A DNA stretch of 64,000 nt from Meyerozyma guilliermondii (lineage: Eukaryota): contig CP128815.1 in the NCBI GenBank assembly GCA_051546255.1, forward strand, positions 1,612,001-1,676,000, in the 5' to 3' direction. A program made the position numbers and the translations under genes. Numbering within the stretch: the first letter of the stretch is position 1; every line of letters begins with the position of its first letter. Positions 51,890 through 62,897 of this stretch are shown here, piece after piece. The notes under the pieces are model-generated. The model worked only from the letters and a program-made list of their open reading frames with translations, did not search any database and was not told where the DNA came from.

Positions 51890-52276
51890 GTCTATGACAG
51901 GTTCTATTCTTTACTAGGCTTCTATGAGTGAAAAAGGTTTTATTATGCAGAAAGTTTCAATGCAAAGGCTTATAAATAAAGCAAGATTCGCTAACTCCAG
52001 CTGAGCCGGATTATATAGTGGCCGCGCGATTAAGTCGCTAATGCCGTCACTGCGCGCGATGACTCGGGCCGACAGAAATGTGCGGAAGACCGCTGAGTCA
52101 GTGAACAATGAGGAGGTTACTGAAAACTGGTTGGGAACTAAATTGTTCTTGAGAGGAAACTGTCAAGAGGATACTATGAAGAAACAAAAGTTTGTTTTTT
52201 TATCAAATTTTGCAATCTTGCAAATTTTTCATTTTTTAATCTTTCAGGTTTTCATTCGTTCTTAGACATCTATTAT

Positions 52277-55048
52277 CTATACGCTGTAGCTGACTCCATT
52301 CATCGTAAACTGCCTTCTCTTATACCACTTTCTTGCCTCGTCAACTAAAAATACACTGCTGGTCAACAAGAAAAGGCTTCCAAGATCTGATAAGTACAAT
52401 GCCTCGGTTTGGAAGACAGACTGGAAAAATGGCACATAAATGGCACACAATTGACCAAGAAGTGATCCGGCCACGGCAAAATTGAACATTTGGTTTTTAA
52501 GTCCGAGTTCAAAGATAGACTTGGTTTGGTGACGGCATGCCAAAGCATTGAACATGTCGTACATTACAAAACAGGTGAAAGTCATGGTGGTATCTCTGGC
52601 AGTCACCTCATTATCAATTCTTTCTTTGACAAAGATGTGAAGCGTACCAAGAATAATCATAGTGGCAGATTGTAAAACACGCTTGATCACAGCTTTGGTC
52701 AAGATTTTGTCGTTTCTCTTTCTGGGAGGCTTGTTCATCACCTCATGATCAACGGGTTCAACTCCGAGCGACTGGGCGGGAGGGCCATCCATCAAGATAT
52801 TGATCCACAAAATTTGCATAGCATTCAAAGGGTTTGGAAGTCCAAAGAACGTAGCTAGAGCAATCAACGTCAACGCGGCAATCGAGGTGGATAACTGGAA
52901 AGTGATAAAGTTTTGAATGTTGAAGAAAATACCTTTACCCTCTTCGATCGCATTCAAAATCGTAGAGAAATCGTCATCCGTCAACACCATATCGGCTGCT
53001 TCTTTGGCAACATCGGTTCCATTTTTTCCCATGGCAATTCCAATATCGGCGAGCTTTAATGCTGGGGCATCATTGACTCCGTCTCCAGTCATGGCGACGA
53101 TATCACCTCTAGCCTGAAGCGCCTTGACAATCAAGACTTTGTGCTCTGGAGTGGTTCTAGCAAACACCGAAACGTTGTGGATTGCATTCGAAAGTGCTTC
53201 GGGGGATAACTTGTCGAGTTGGTCGCCGGTCATGACAGAATCGTTGGTATGTAATGGCATTCCAATCTGCTTGGCAATGTTCTTAGCTGTGCTTGGAGAA
53301 TCACCAGTAATCATAATCACATGTACTCCACCCTTCATGAGACGTGCAACCGATTTGCTCACATTAGGACGGGGAGGATCTTTCATTCCTATCAACCCGC
53401 AAAAAATTAAATCGGTAGGTTCACTCTCGATATGTTTCTCGTCACCGAACTTTTGCGTATTGTTGGCCAAGGCCAAAACTCTCAACCCTTCTCCCGCCAA
53501 AGTGTTGGATCTCTGGTTGATTTCGTCTCTTACTTCGTCACTAAGTTGCTTTACCTCACCTTTAGAGTCGTAGTATTTCGTGGAACGTGCAAGAATCTGC
53601 TCAGTTGCACCTTTAGCAAAAGTCTCAGATCTCGAAGTGTCGCCAGAATGAGCACATACTGCCATATACTTTCTTCTTGAGGAAAAGGGCAATTCGTAAG
53701 TACGTACTTTTTGACCACGAGTATCGTCAAGACCAAAGTGTGGTAAGCATTCAACAAAGGCAATATCGGAAGGGTTTCCAACAAACTTCTCGCTTTCAGA
53801 TGAATACCTGGCGTTGTTACAGATATTGCCAGCCTCTAATATTCTGCGAATGTTGCTGGTGAGCTTGTGGTGTAAAGTATTATCATCGAGCCTTTCAACC
53901 ACCAAGAATGGGGAATTGAACGTACCTTCAAAATCAGTCGACCATATTTTCGTCACAGTCATCCTGTTCTCAGTCAAAGTTCCAGTTTTGTCAGAGCAAA
54001 TTACATTGACACTTCCTAATGTTTCGACACTGGGTAATCTCTTGACGATAGCTCTATGACGAGCCATTCTAAGCACACCAAGGGCTAAAGTGACTGTGAC
54101 AATGATGGGAAGACCTTCGGGAATGGCTGCCACGGCCAAAGAAACGGAAATCTGGAACATATCTAACCACGAGCGACCCTGGGTAATACCAATTAAGCAG
54201 ATGATTCCAATGACACAAAAGCTGAAGATGGAAAGATCCTTTCCGAGCTTATCCATGGCTTGTTGTAACGGAGTCTTGGGTTTTTCTATTTCTGACATCA
54301 TTTCGAAAACGGCACCGAATTCCGTTTTGGAACCGGTTGCTATGACAATTCCAGAACCATGGCCATCGCGAACCAAGGTTCCCATGTAGACCACAGACGG
54401 ACGGTTAGTGATTGGAATAAGACCGTTTGCTTCTGATTTGATGGCTTCTGGTGATTTTATTACCGGTCTGTTCTCGCCGGTGAGATTACTCTCATCGATG
54501 GAGAGGTGGACTGCGTCCGTTACTCTGATATCGGCGGGGATTCTGTCACCTTGGGAAAAGTGGACCACGTCTCCAGGAACCAAGGTCGATGCTAGAACAT
54601 GAGAGGTGTTACCATTGCGTGTCAAGTTGGCTTCTGCTGGAACCAATTTGTTCAATGCAGCTAGCGATTTTTCCGAACGGTACTCCTGGACAAAACCTAC
54701 AGTCACGACGATAGTGATTGCCAAGGTGATAGATATGGAGTCGTCGACGTTTCCCATCCAAAATGAAATGACAGCAGACCCGATCAAAAGTAAGATCAAT
54801 GGGTCAGAATAGAAGCTTGCGATGAATTTTTTCACAAGACTCTCCTCTTCATCTTCGGCAAACTCGTTGACACCGTGTATGGATCTACGGTTGAGAATAT
54901 CCTGATTGTCTGAAAGCCCCTTGTGAGGATCGGTTTTGAACTCCAGCACCGTGTCCTCCACCGACTGGGTGCAATAGCGGTTTGCAGCCGAGTTGACACG
55001 TTGGGGTGGTTTTAGAACCTGTTCCACATCGAACGGGTTCTCTGTCAT
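52277..55048 (-). CDS. PMR1: Golgi Ca2+/Mn2+ P-type ATPase (SPCA)
   Basis: QEYRSEKSL, IPEGLP, CSDKTGTLT, TGDGVNDAPAL, INILMDGPPAQSLG. Confidence 0.97.
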   Translation of the reverse strand: MTENPFDVEQVLKPPQRVNSAANRYCTQSVEDTVLEFKTDPHKGLSDNQDILNRRSIHGVNEFAEDEEESLVKKFIASFYSDPLILLLIGSAVISFWMGNVDDSISITLAITIVVTVGFVQEYRSEKSLAALNKLVPAEANLTRNGNTSHVLASTLVPGDVVHFSQGDRIPADIRVTDAVHLSIDESNLTGENRPVIKSPEAIKSEANGLIPITNRPSVVYMGTLVRDGHGSGIVIATGSKTEFGAVFEMMSEIEKPKTPLQQAMDKLGKDLSIFSFCVIGIICLIGITQGRSWLDMFQISVSLAVAAIPEGLPIIVTVTLALGVLRMARHRAIVKRLPSVETLGSVNVICSDKTGTLTENRMTVTKIWSTDFEGTFNSPFLVVERLDDNTLHHKLTSNIRRILEAGNICNNARYSSESEKFVGNPSDIAFVECLPHFGLDDTRGQKVRTYELPFSSRRKYMAVCAHSGDTSRSETFAKGATEQILARSTKYYDSKGEVKQLSDEVRDEINQRSNTLAGEGLRVLALANNTQKFGDEKHIESEPTDLIFCGLIGMKDPPRPNVSKSVARLMKGGVHVIMITGDSPSTAKNIAKQIGMPLHTNDSVMTGDQLDKLSPEALSNAIHNVSVFARTTPEHKVLIVKALQARGDIVAMTGDGVNDAPALKLADIGIAMGKNGTDVAKEAADMVLTDDDFSTILNAIEEGKGIFFNIQNFITFQLSTSIAALTLIALATFFGLPNPLNAMQILWINILMDGPPAQSLGVEPVDHEVMNKPPRKRNDKILTKAVIKRVLQSATMIILGTLHIFVKERIDNEVTARDTTMTFTCFVMYDMFNALACRHQTKSIFELGLKNQMFNFAVAGSLLGQLCAIYVPFFQSVFQTEALYLSDLGSLFLLTSSVFLVDEARKWYKRRQFTMNGVSYSV

Positions 55049-55426
55049 AGTTGTCACACACTCGTGTGTCTAGGAAGAAATGTTGGGTCCAAGGCGCAAG
55101 AAAAACCACAAAAAACTGGTGAAAAATCGGCGCGGAAACTGACTATGGGACCCCAAATATGTAGTTAAGGAGGTGCGATCCAAAGATGTCGAGACGTGTT
55201 TCGTGCCTGCGAATGGTCGGATTATCGGTTGGTCCACTTGCGGAGAATCCACTCACGAATTATTAATGCAAAAGTTCGTGATGAAAAACGGATCGGCTAT
55301 GGAAACGAAGATGCGCTCGGGTCCAAATGGTGTACTGCTGCGCCTTATTGAGATGGAACAAGGTTACAGTGGTAGTACAAGTGGTGGCTTATACAGCTGA
55401 TATGTAGGTTTATGTAAGTATATGGC

Positions 55427-56554
55427 TTACTGGCCATCAACCACCTCCAAGGCAGCTTTGGAAAGACGGTTCATGACCGCAAGTCCTTCGTTGGTTTCTT
55501 CAATTCCTTCCACAAAGATCATATCCACGCCGGTTTCGTCGACTTCTCGAAGGTACCGAAAGAGATTATGGGATATGGTGTGACCGTCGGTACCTAGTTC
55601 ACGGTCTATGCTCTCCTTGTTTGCTGAGGTGGAAGATATGCCGACAAAATGTCGAGATTTGAGTAATGCGATTTTGCAGTCTTGAAGATTATGCGACGAA
55701 ATGTAATTGTCAATGGCCTCTTTACCATCTCCACAATTGACAAAAAGCACCACACGAGCTGTGGGAGAATAGTGTCTGTATTTCATTCCTGGAGTCCTTA
55801 CGGCCTCAGTTTTACCAGCAGTCTTTTTCGCAACCACCACATCTTTCCAAGGCTCTCCTCCAACCAGCTTAATCTCCTCCAATGACACTCCACCAGGACG
55901 AAGAAGCATCGGCGGGTCCACTAGACCATCCACCACTGTCAGCTCGACTCCAAAGTCGCACGAACCGCCATCCAAAATGTATGGAATACGGCCCTGGAGA
56001 TCATTATATACATGGCTAGCAATTGTAGGACTCGGCCGAGTAGACGCATTTGCTGATGGAGCGGCTAATGGGGTATCACTTAACGCAATGAGCGCCCGGG
56101 CAACAGGATGTTGCGGAATCCGAACCGCAAATGTAGATTGCCCTGCGGTTACAAACTTCAGAATTGGCGAGCTTTCATGAACAGGCAACAATATTGTCAA
56201 TGGACCAGGCCAAAACTTGTGTATCAACGATTCGTACACCTTGGGTATTTGGTAATTTGGTGGTAGTATTTTGCGTTTCAATTGGCTTATCGACGAAACA
56301 TGAACAATTAATGGGTTATCTGCCGGCCTGTTTTTGGCCTTATAAATGGACTTTACACTTTCGTCGCTCAACGCCGAGCCCCCGAGCCCATATACGGTTT
56401 CAGTTGGAAACCCAATAACATCGTGGGTGGTTGTTAAGACTTTGGCGGCAGTTTCAAGATTTTTTTTGGTGACTGGATCTGAAATTTCCAACTCATCTCC
56501 CTTGAAGGTGATGCTCAGTCCGTCGACCGGAAGTATCTTCGTCGTGTATGACAT
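55427..56554 (-). CDS. SUA5: Threonylcarbamoyl-AMP synthase (t6A pathway); possible upstream in-frame ATG at 56638
   Basis: [45 protein letters not shown]. Confidence 0.96.
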   Translation of the reverse strand: MSYTTKILPVDGLSITFKGDELEISDPVTKKNLETAAKVLTTTHDVIGFPTETVYGLGGSALSDESVKSIYKAKNRPADNPLIVHVSSISQLKRKILPPNYQIPKVYESLIHKFWPGPLTILLPVHESSPILKFVTAGQSTFAVRIPQHPVARALIALSDTPLAAPSANASTRPSPTIASHVYNDLQGRIPYILDGGSCDFGVELTVVDGLVDPPMLLRPGGVSLEEIKLVGGEPWKDVVVAKKTAGKTEAVRTPGMKYRHYSPTARVVLFVNCGDGKEAIDNYISSHNLQDCKIALLKSRHFVGISSTSANKESIDRELGTDGHTISHNLFRYLREVDETGVDMIFVEGIEETNEGLAVMNRLSKAALEVVDGQ

Positions 56555-56697
56555 GGTTCTGCGGCTCCAGGTGGAGAAATGGGTTCGTAGTGATGCTCTG
56601 TACGTTGTGATTAAGCTAGAATCATCGCCTAGTCTCATCGCTAATTCTCACCGCCATGGTATGCAGGACCGTAGGCTGGGGCACCACCAAGCCATGC

Positions 56698-59600
56698 TTA
56701 GAACACAAGGTTTTCAGTAATGATTTTCTTCTCGTCCTCGTCCAATTGGTCGTAGTATTTCTCAAAATGGCCCAAGTTTTTAGTGGTACATTCTCGGAAA
56801 AAATATATGAGCATTTCTCTCAAAGAATCGTCTCCATTCTGGCCCTCATGATCGCTATCTTCGTCATCTGAATCAACATAGGACTTCAATTTTGCATAGT
56901 TAGGAACCCCAAGGTCTCCCATATCCTCCCAATCGTCTCCATCTTCATCGTCGTCATCTTGGTTATCCGGTAAGTAGCCGTTTGCATTGGGTTGTTGGTT
57001 CTGGAAGGATAGTTCACCTGCCAATAATTTCAATATTTTTAGAGACGCAGATATTTGGGTATAACGGTCAGGGTTCGCCTTGGTCACAGATCTAGTGCGT
57101 ATTATATCTCCCTCGTACGGTATGATATCACCGTCCACAATCAAATTCTCAATTCGCAGATCTCCCAACATGAATATCTTTCCCAATGCCAATGCGTTTT
57201 GTTTGATTTTCTCATATCCTCGAGTAATCTCGAACGACAGAAACCACATAGGCATAACGAGCTCAAGCCCGTTCCTTTCTTTCAGGCCAGCTTCCGGGAT
57301 CTTGATCCGATTGTACATATAGTCCACCATCTCACTTGGCGACGACAACACAAGGTGGCAGAAGACCTGAATTAAACCTTCAATGGTAACAACCTCTCTT
57401 GCAACTAGTAACCGCCGAGTAACGGCATCAAGTATTTGCGATAAAAAGTCATTTCCCAAGTATGCCTGGAACTTTTGGATTAGTGACAACACAATAGTTC
57501 CACAGTTCATGGCCGCGCTATCGGATAATTGCGGTGATAAAAATTTGGCTACTATTGCCATAAGTAAATCCATACCTGACTCGCCTGTTGGTTTTTGATA
57601 CTGAAGAAACGATTCGGATGCTCGTTGAAGCAAAGAATCGAGAACTTGACCACCACTTTGCATGATCTGGTTGTCCACGGACAAGAGTAACAAGTCATAC
57701 AAATCCGAGAAGATGTATTCGAAAACTTCTGCGGGAAAACCACCACTTGATTCAGTGGGTGCTTCTTTGATAATTACACTCAAAAGTTCCAAAGCGAGAT
57801 CCAATTGCGGCGAGTACTCTCCACCTTGAGCAATGCTGTTGCGAAGAAACTGAAGAATGAACGGAATGGACTTTTGACAGCATTCCAAAAATGAATTGAG
57901 ATCAACATCGGCCAAGAGTGTCTCCAAACAGTCCGACGAGTCAACTGCTAGCTGAATATTTCCTGGGTCTTTGAACGAGATTTTGAAAAGAAGGTCCAAT
58001 ACGGTGACGGAACCATTTTCCAATTGTATCTGGCGGCTCAATGCTGTTTCCTTGTTTAATTTTACAGCGACAGTGAGGGCCTCAAGTAACGAGGGCAACG
58101 TATCCTCTTCACTTTCTTCCACCAAAGAAGCTATAAGAAGCGTTGTTTGCTCGTGAGCTGCAAGCCGTTGTTCGGGTTCCAAAGTATCGAACTTTATGAG
58201 CTGATTGTAAAAGGTCAATGCTACTAAAGAGGCACCTTTCACAATTGCAAAGGGCAACTCTTCCATAAGGTTTTGCGGGCAGTTGGCAAAAAATTTCATC
58301 ATTTCCAAAAAGCTTTTAGACGCAAAAGAGGTAACTGATAGCTTTTCCTGAAACTTTTCGAGAAATTTGGGGAGAAGTAAGAAGCATCTGCTAGTGACAA
58401 GCGCGGCACTTTCCAACAGGCTCTCGTCACCGTACAGAACAAGCAGGGAGATCGAATTCAAAATGGACACTGGAGAAGTCTCATTATCAATAAGCACTGC
58501 TTCATCGTTCATACAAAGACTTTCGACAGCGAATAACTGACACTCACGAAATTCCGGAGCGGCTGGCAAAGACATAGACTGGACCAAAAGAGAGAACGCC
58601 TTTTGGGCGTCTTTGCTATTAAGCTCTGACAAAAGTTCATTAAGTACCTCACGAGTAGAAGTTAACAGGGAAAAGCCTGTTACATCAGTGACAAATTGGT
58701 TAAAGTCGGCAACATAGTCTTCGACAGTTTGCTGGGAGAGGATACCAAACAACAACAAATTTTGAAGTACCTGAGGAAAAGACTCGCCCACAATATCGCC
58801 AATTGGTACTGCTGCCTGTACGGCTGATATAGCACGAATATACTCTAGTGAAAGTAAATTAATATCTGTGTTGATGTTTGACAGGTTCATGGAGCGATGA
58901 GTTGACGAGATTGATTCCAAGTCCCTGAATAGTGACGAAGCAGCATCTCGTATTAACTGCGGTGAAATTTTGCGCAAGAACGAGGAAACCACATCAGCCG
59001 TTAAACGGTAAAGATAAGTGTGGAGGTAACCGGAGGAAGTTAGAGTGGATTGTAAATCAACTGGGTATGACAATAAATTGGTGAATAGGGTCATTGCCTC
59101 ATTAACAAGACTTTTCACCCCGTTTTTTCGTTGAGGAGTGGAAAATGCCTCGGGGCTTTTGAGTGTAGTAATTACCGACAGGTAGAGTCGAAGACTGGCG
59201 ATTTTCACATCCAACAGCGTATCAGGACGAGTCAAAAGTGTGGAGATATGTGACACGATTTGAGAACCCACGTTCCCTTCCCAAAATTGTTCATCAGTTA
59301 TCAAGTCGTCAAAGAGATCATTGAGAACTAAGAGACTTCCAGCAATGGCTATATTATCTCCCTCCACAACCTGCTGGTACAAAGTTGAGAGCAATTGTGG
59401 CCATTCGTCAGGGTAGTCGGTAGCGGCAATTTGTGATATCACGTAGGAAGCACCGGAGCGTAATTTGGATTCAGTAGAAGTAGTTGCAAGTTTGAGCATA
59501 TCGTTGCGAATAGCTTCCTTGAGGTTCTGGTCAGTAGGAGGGCCCACGAACGAGTCAAACGCAAGCGACCAGTACATGGGAACAATTCTTCGTATGTGCA

Positions 59601-59775
59601 AAAGACACAGCTGTCTTATATCCACGGGAATCGAATTATTTTTGGCCAGTTCCACCAACTGGTACAAAGCACCATTTGGATCTTCTGCTACCGCATGCTT
59701 AAAGTTGACCTCCGCTTGGATTCTGGTGGTGTTGTCGGCGCTTGTTTGGTTTACGACAAGCTCGAGAATGTTCAT
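56698..59775 (-). CDS. KAP114: Importin-beta family karyopherin (importin-9 type)
   Basis: IAATDYPDEWPQL, HEAT repeats, GYEKIKQNALAL, VDGDIIP..IRTRS, acidic C-terminus with DDWED. Confidence 0.88.
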   Translation of the reverse strand: MNILELVVNQTSADNTTRIQAEVNFKHAVAEDPNGALYQLVELAKNNSIPVDIRQLCLLHIRRIVPMYWSLAFDSFVGPPTDQNLKEAIRNDMLKLATTSTESKLRSGASYVISQIAATDYPDEWPQLLSTLYQQVVEGDNIAIAGSLLVLNDLFDDLITDEQFWEGNVGSQIVSHISTLLTRPDTLLDVKIASLRLYLSVITTLKSPEAFSTPQRKNGVKSLVNEAMTLFTNLLSYPVDLQSTLTSSGYLHTYLYRLTADVVSSFLRKISPQLIRDAASSLFRDLESISSTHRSMNLSNINTDINLLSLEYIRAISAVQAAVPIGDIVGESFPQVLQNLLLFGILSQQTVEDYVADFNQFVTDVTGFSLLTSTREVLNELLSELNSKDAQKAFSLLVQSMSLPAAPEFRECQLFAVESLCMNDEAVLIDNETSPVSILNSISLLVLYGDESLLESAALVTSRCFLLLPKFLEKFQEKLSVTSFASKSFLEMMKFFANCPQNLMEELPFAIVKGASLVALTFYNQLIKFDTLEPEQRLAAHEQTTLLIASLVEESEEDTLPSLLEALTVAVKLNKETALSRQIQLENGSVTVLDLLFKISFKDPGNIQLAVDSSDCLETLLADVDLNSFLECCQKSIPFILQFLRNSIAQGGEYSPQLDLALELLSVIIKEAPTESSGGFPAEVFEYIFSDLYDLLLLSVDNQIMQSGGQVLDSLLQRASESFLQYQKPTGESGMDLLMAIVAKFLSPQLSDSAAMNCGTIVLSLIQKFQAYLGNDFLSQILDAVTRRLLVAREVVTIEGLIQVFCHLVLSSPSEMVDYMYNRIKIPEAGLKERNGLELVMPMWFLSFEITRGYEKIKQNALALGKIFMLGDLRIENLIVDGDIIPYEGDIIRTRSVTKANPDRYTQISASLKILKLLAGELSFQNQQPNANGYLPDNQDDDDEDGDDWEDMGDLGVPNYAKLKSYVDSDDEDSDHEGQNGDDSLREMLIYFFRECTTKNLGHFEKYYDQLDEDEKKIITENLVF

Positions 59776-60029
59776 GGCGTTGAGTGTAGTGGGATGATTG
59801 TGATGAGAATGAAGATGAGTTCTGAGATCGCGGCGCGTGAAAATTAGCGCGCTAGATGATGGTGCGACAATGAGAGCTAGGGAAAGTCGCACCGAGACTT
59901 AGCGAGAGCTAGCGTGGTTGGGAGGTGCGAAGTTGCGCCAAAATTCCGTAGTGTGTCACACCGCGCACACCGCGCGACACTGAGTTGCGAGTGCGATTGG
60001 TGGCGGTTCTTTTCAACTACAACTCAATC

Positions 60030-60485
60030 ATGCCCCTTTATCCAGCACTCGAAGAGATCAAAGACTCTCTCCTGGCAGAGCAGCTAGCTATTCTCAAGCG
60101 CCAGTTGGACTCGGAACAGCCAAATGTCAGTCCTCAGACTCGATTCAACTACGGATGGGGACTCGTGAAATCTCCAGATCGCAAGCTCCAGCAGCACGGA
60201 CTCGAGCAATTGGCCCAAGTTTACAGAGAAGAGAACTCCATGCACAGAGAAGCACTCTACTACTTGGCGGTGGGGTCTTATAAGGTGGGAGAGTACAGTA
60301 ATGCTCGTCGCTACTGCGATGCGTTGCTCAAATCAGAACCAGATAATAGCCAGGCTCGAGCTCTCAAGGAAATGGTGGACGACAAGGTTACCCAGGACGG
60401 CTTGATAGGCTTGGGTGTGGCTGGTGGTTTGCTTGCGGTGGGCGTAGGAGTGATAAGTGCATTGGCACGGCGGAAAAGAAAGTGA
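60030..60485 (+). CDS. FIS1: Mitochondrial fission protein (TPR plus tail anchor)
   Basis: QTRFNYGWGLVKS, REALYYLAVG, EPDNSQA, C-terminal TM segment followed by RRKRK. Confidence 0.95.
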   Translation: MPLYPALEEIKDSLLAEQLAILKRQLDSEQPNVSPQTRFNYGWGLVKSPDRKLQQHGLEQLAQVYREENSMHREALYYLAVGSYKVGEYSNARRYCDALLKSEPDNSQARALKEMVDDKVTQDGLIGLGVAGGLLAVGVGVISALARRKRK

Positions 60486-60622
60486 GAGAAGGAGAGAGAA
60501 AGAACAGAATGGGAGTGAAGAGAGAAAGAGAGTTGAGAAAGAGAGAGAAAGAGAAGAAGAGAGAGAAAGAGAAGAAGAGAGAGAAAGAGAAGAAGAGAGA
60601 GAAAGTGAAGGAAAGAGAGAAC
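60484..60622 (+). repeat. Polypurine tract containing an 18-bp tandem repeat (GAGAGAGAAAGAGAAGAA) of about 3.5 copies
   Basis: Perfect units run from 60541 to about 60605 inside an almost pyrimidine-free stretch. Confidence 0.9.
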
Positions 60623-60836
60623 GCAACCTAAAGGATGAAGTTGAACTTTTAGTGACTCCACTCAATTTTCCTCCTCCACACTGTAGGTCGTCCGGTACTA
60701 TCGCTCAGTGTGCAAGCCCTACTCAACATCTACAGTACATAAGCTTTAGCCCAGCTTTATTGTTTTGGCTTATTATTTTTATTGCATCTTTATCCAACTT
60801 TTGCAGCTTATTTTCTGTAGCATTTATTCGCTTCGC

Positions 60837-61928
60837 ATGTTTCCTGATAAAGTAGCGCAGGCGGTCCTTTCCCACTATGACAAACTTCCACCGTCAGCAA
60901 AGCCAGGGATTCGTTCAAATGGAGTTCGAGAATGGACAATGCTAGCAGGGGTTGTGGCGGTAGTCGATAGCTCCATAGTTCCATTGACCATTGCAACTGG
61001 AGTCAAAGCGATGCCTGACGAAATCAGAAAATATTCAAAAGGGAAAATAGTACACGATATGCATGCTGAGATATTGGCGTTACGGCTCTTTAACTTGTTC
61101 TTGCTTGAAGAGTGCCAAAAGCTTATAGAAGGCAAGTCAGAATTTGTGGAGAAAATCGGCGAGAAATTCAAACTTCGAGATGAGATCAAGTTGGTGCTTT
61201 ATGTCAGCGAACCGCCGTGTGGCGATGCCTCTTTGGCATATTCTGCTAAAGGCGAAGAAGGCTGGGAACAGGAACCACAGAAAAAACGCCAAAAAGTTCT
61301 TCGTGGTAGAAGTTTTTATGGCCGGATTGGCGAGGTGAGAACCAAGCCTGGAAGAAGTGATAGTTTAATTACTCTAAGCAAATCTTGTTCCGACAAGTTG
61401 TGTGCCAAGCAAGAACTTGGGCTCACGAATGCATTGACAGCACCATTATTTCCGCAAAATTGTTTTTTGGATAGCATTATTGTTCCTGATGGACTAAAGA
61501 GTGATTTTGACAGGTGCTTTGGAAGAATAGAAACGAACCATCAGATCAAGCTCCAATTTAGCTCGGTGAAATTCCAGAGTGGGAAGCCTCTGACGGAAGA
61601 TTTTGAAGAGGTAAAGAAGTATTCGCCGTCGCCATTATCGGCGTTGAAAATTGTTCCTTCTGGCACTTTTCAGGTGCTCAACAACGGAGTGAAAAATGGC
61701 AGTTTTGTGAAGGGAAAACCGCCAAAAAAAGGCGGAGAGAGCATTATAAGCAATTGGAATATGGCACAAACTGCAAAAGAGATTCACAAAGATTCCGCTA
61801 GTTTGAAAGTGGGTCTCACTTACCACGATTACAAAACCAGTTTTGAACAGCGACAACGACTCAAATTGAAAACCCGCAGCCAGCTCCAAACCTGGATACC
61901 TACCCTGGTCGATGACTTTACCTTGTAA
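60837..61928 (+). CDS. TAD1: tRNA-Ala A37 adenosine deaminase
   Basis: ATGVK, HDMHAEILALR, SEPPCGDAS, VRTKPGRSDS, SKSCSDKL. Confidence 0.93.
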   Translation: MFPDKVAQAVLSHYDKLPPSAKPGIRSNGVREWTMLAGVVAVVDSSIVPLTIATGVKAMPDEIRKYSKGKIVHDMHAEILALRLFNLFLLEECQKLIEGKSEFVEKIGEKFKLRDEIKLVLYVSEPPCGDASLAYSAKGEEGWEQEPQKKRQKVLRGRSFYGRIGEVRTKPGRSDSLITLSKSCSDKLCAKQELGLTNALTAPLFPQNCFLDSIIVPDGLKSDFDRCFGRIETNHQIKLQFSSVKFQSGKPLTEDFEEVKKYSPSPLSALKIVPSGTFQVLNNGVKNGSFVKGKPPKKGGESIISNWNMAQTAKEIHKDSASLKVGLTYHDYKTSFEQRQRLKLKTRSQLQTWIPTLVDDFTL

Positions 61929-61975
61929 TATCTATGTCTACTATGGAACTGGGTCCTCATAAATGTATCCAGTGG

Positions 61976-62491
61976 CTAATCAGAGTCCGATGCGGACCCC
62001 GACTCCTCATCTTGAGCCAACTGCTCCGCCTCCGTCACCTCCATCGAAATCGCATACTCGGCACCCTCCAACAAATTACGCAACTTCTGGTTATCCGTCA
62101 CCAATTGTATGGGCTTCAAGCCATGACTATTCACTATGCGAGGATCAGCTCCAGCATCCAACAAGTTGTCGACCACAAAAGTTCCATGTTCCGGCTCGTC
62201 GGCACAGTACTTGACCGCCAAATGCAACGGGGTATCACCCTCTCGGTTCAAAGGATCCACTTCAACACCTTCAATGTCAAGTATGATATCTATCAGTTCC
62301 CAGTGGCCCATTCGACATGCTAAATGCAACGGCGAATTGTTCGTAATGGTTTCTTTTGTGGTATTGATCAAGTGTGCCAACTTTTGCGAGTCGTTGTTGA
62401 GTTCGGCTTTGATCTGGAGTAAAAGTTCGGTGTTGTTTCGACGTGCACATTCGAGGATCTGCTCGGAATACGAAGCCCCTTCTTCTTCCAT
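61976..62491 (-). CDS. Ankyrin-repeat protein (YCR051W-like)
   Basis: GASYSEQILECARRNN, SPLHLA, EGDTPLHLAV, LLDAGADP. Confidence 0.85.
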   Translation of the reverse strand: MEEEGASYSEQILECARRNNTELLLQIKAELNNDSQKLAHLINTTKETITNNSPLHLACRMGHWELIDIILDIEGVEVDPLNREGDTPLHLAVKYCADEPEHGTFVVDNLLDAGADPRIVNSHGLKPIQLVTDNQKLRNLLEGAEYAISMEVTEAEQLAQDEESGSASDSD

Positions 62492-62897
62492 AGCAATGTA
62501 TGATTTGTGATGTGGATTCTAAATAGTAAGCACCAACGAAAAGCACCAAAAAAACTGAAAGTCCAAGGGAAATTGATGTACAAAGACTAGTACACTTGTT
62601 CAGATCACAGAATCAGTTGAGACTTTAAAGAGGTCACATCCGTGCACCCACAAATGATCCTGCAGAATGGCACTATTTCTATGTTGCATTTCCTCGACCA
62701 AAACGCCTTCTTTTTGCTTCAGAGAAACATGGCATACCGCCACACTACTAATCTTTCCACTCGATCACTTTCAGCTTATTTGGCCAACATTTTCCCCAAA
62801 ATCACCATCCCTAATTCTCCTGAGGTAAGACACATCAGTGCACCAACTCTCAACTGCGCACTTTGCATCGATATCTCGATCTTGATAGCAAACGATC

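Noticed and set aside
60457..60855. ORFs on both strands encoding ERE or LSL repeats
   Set aside because: By-products of the polypurine repeat, with no coding signature.
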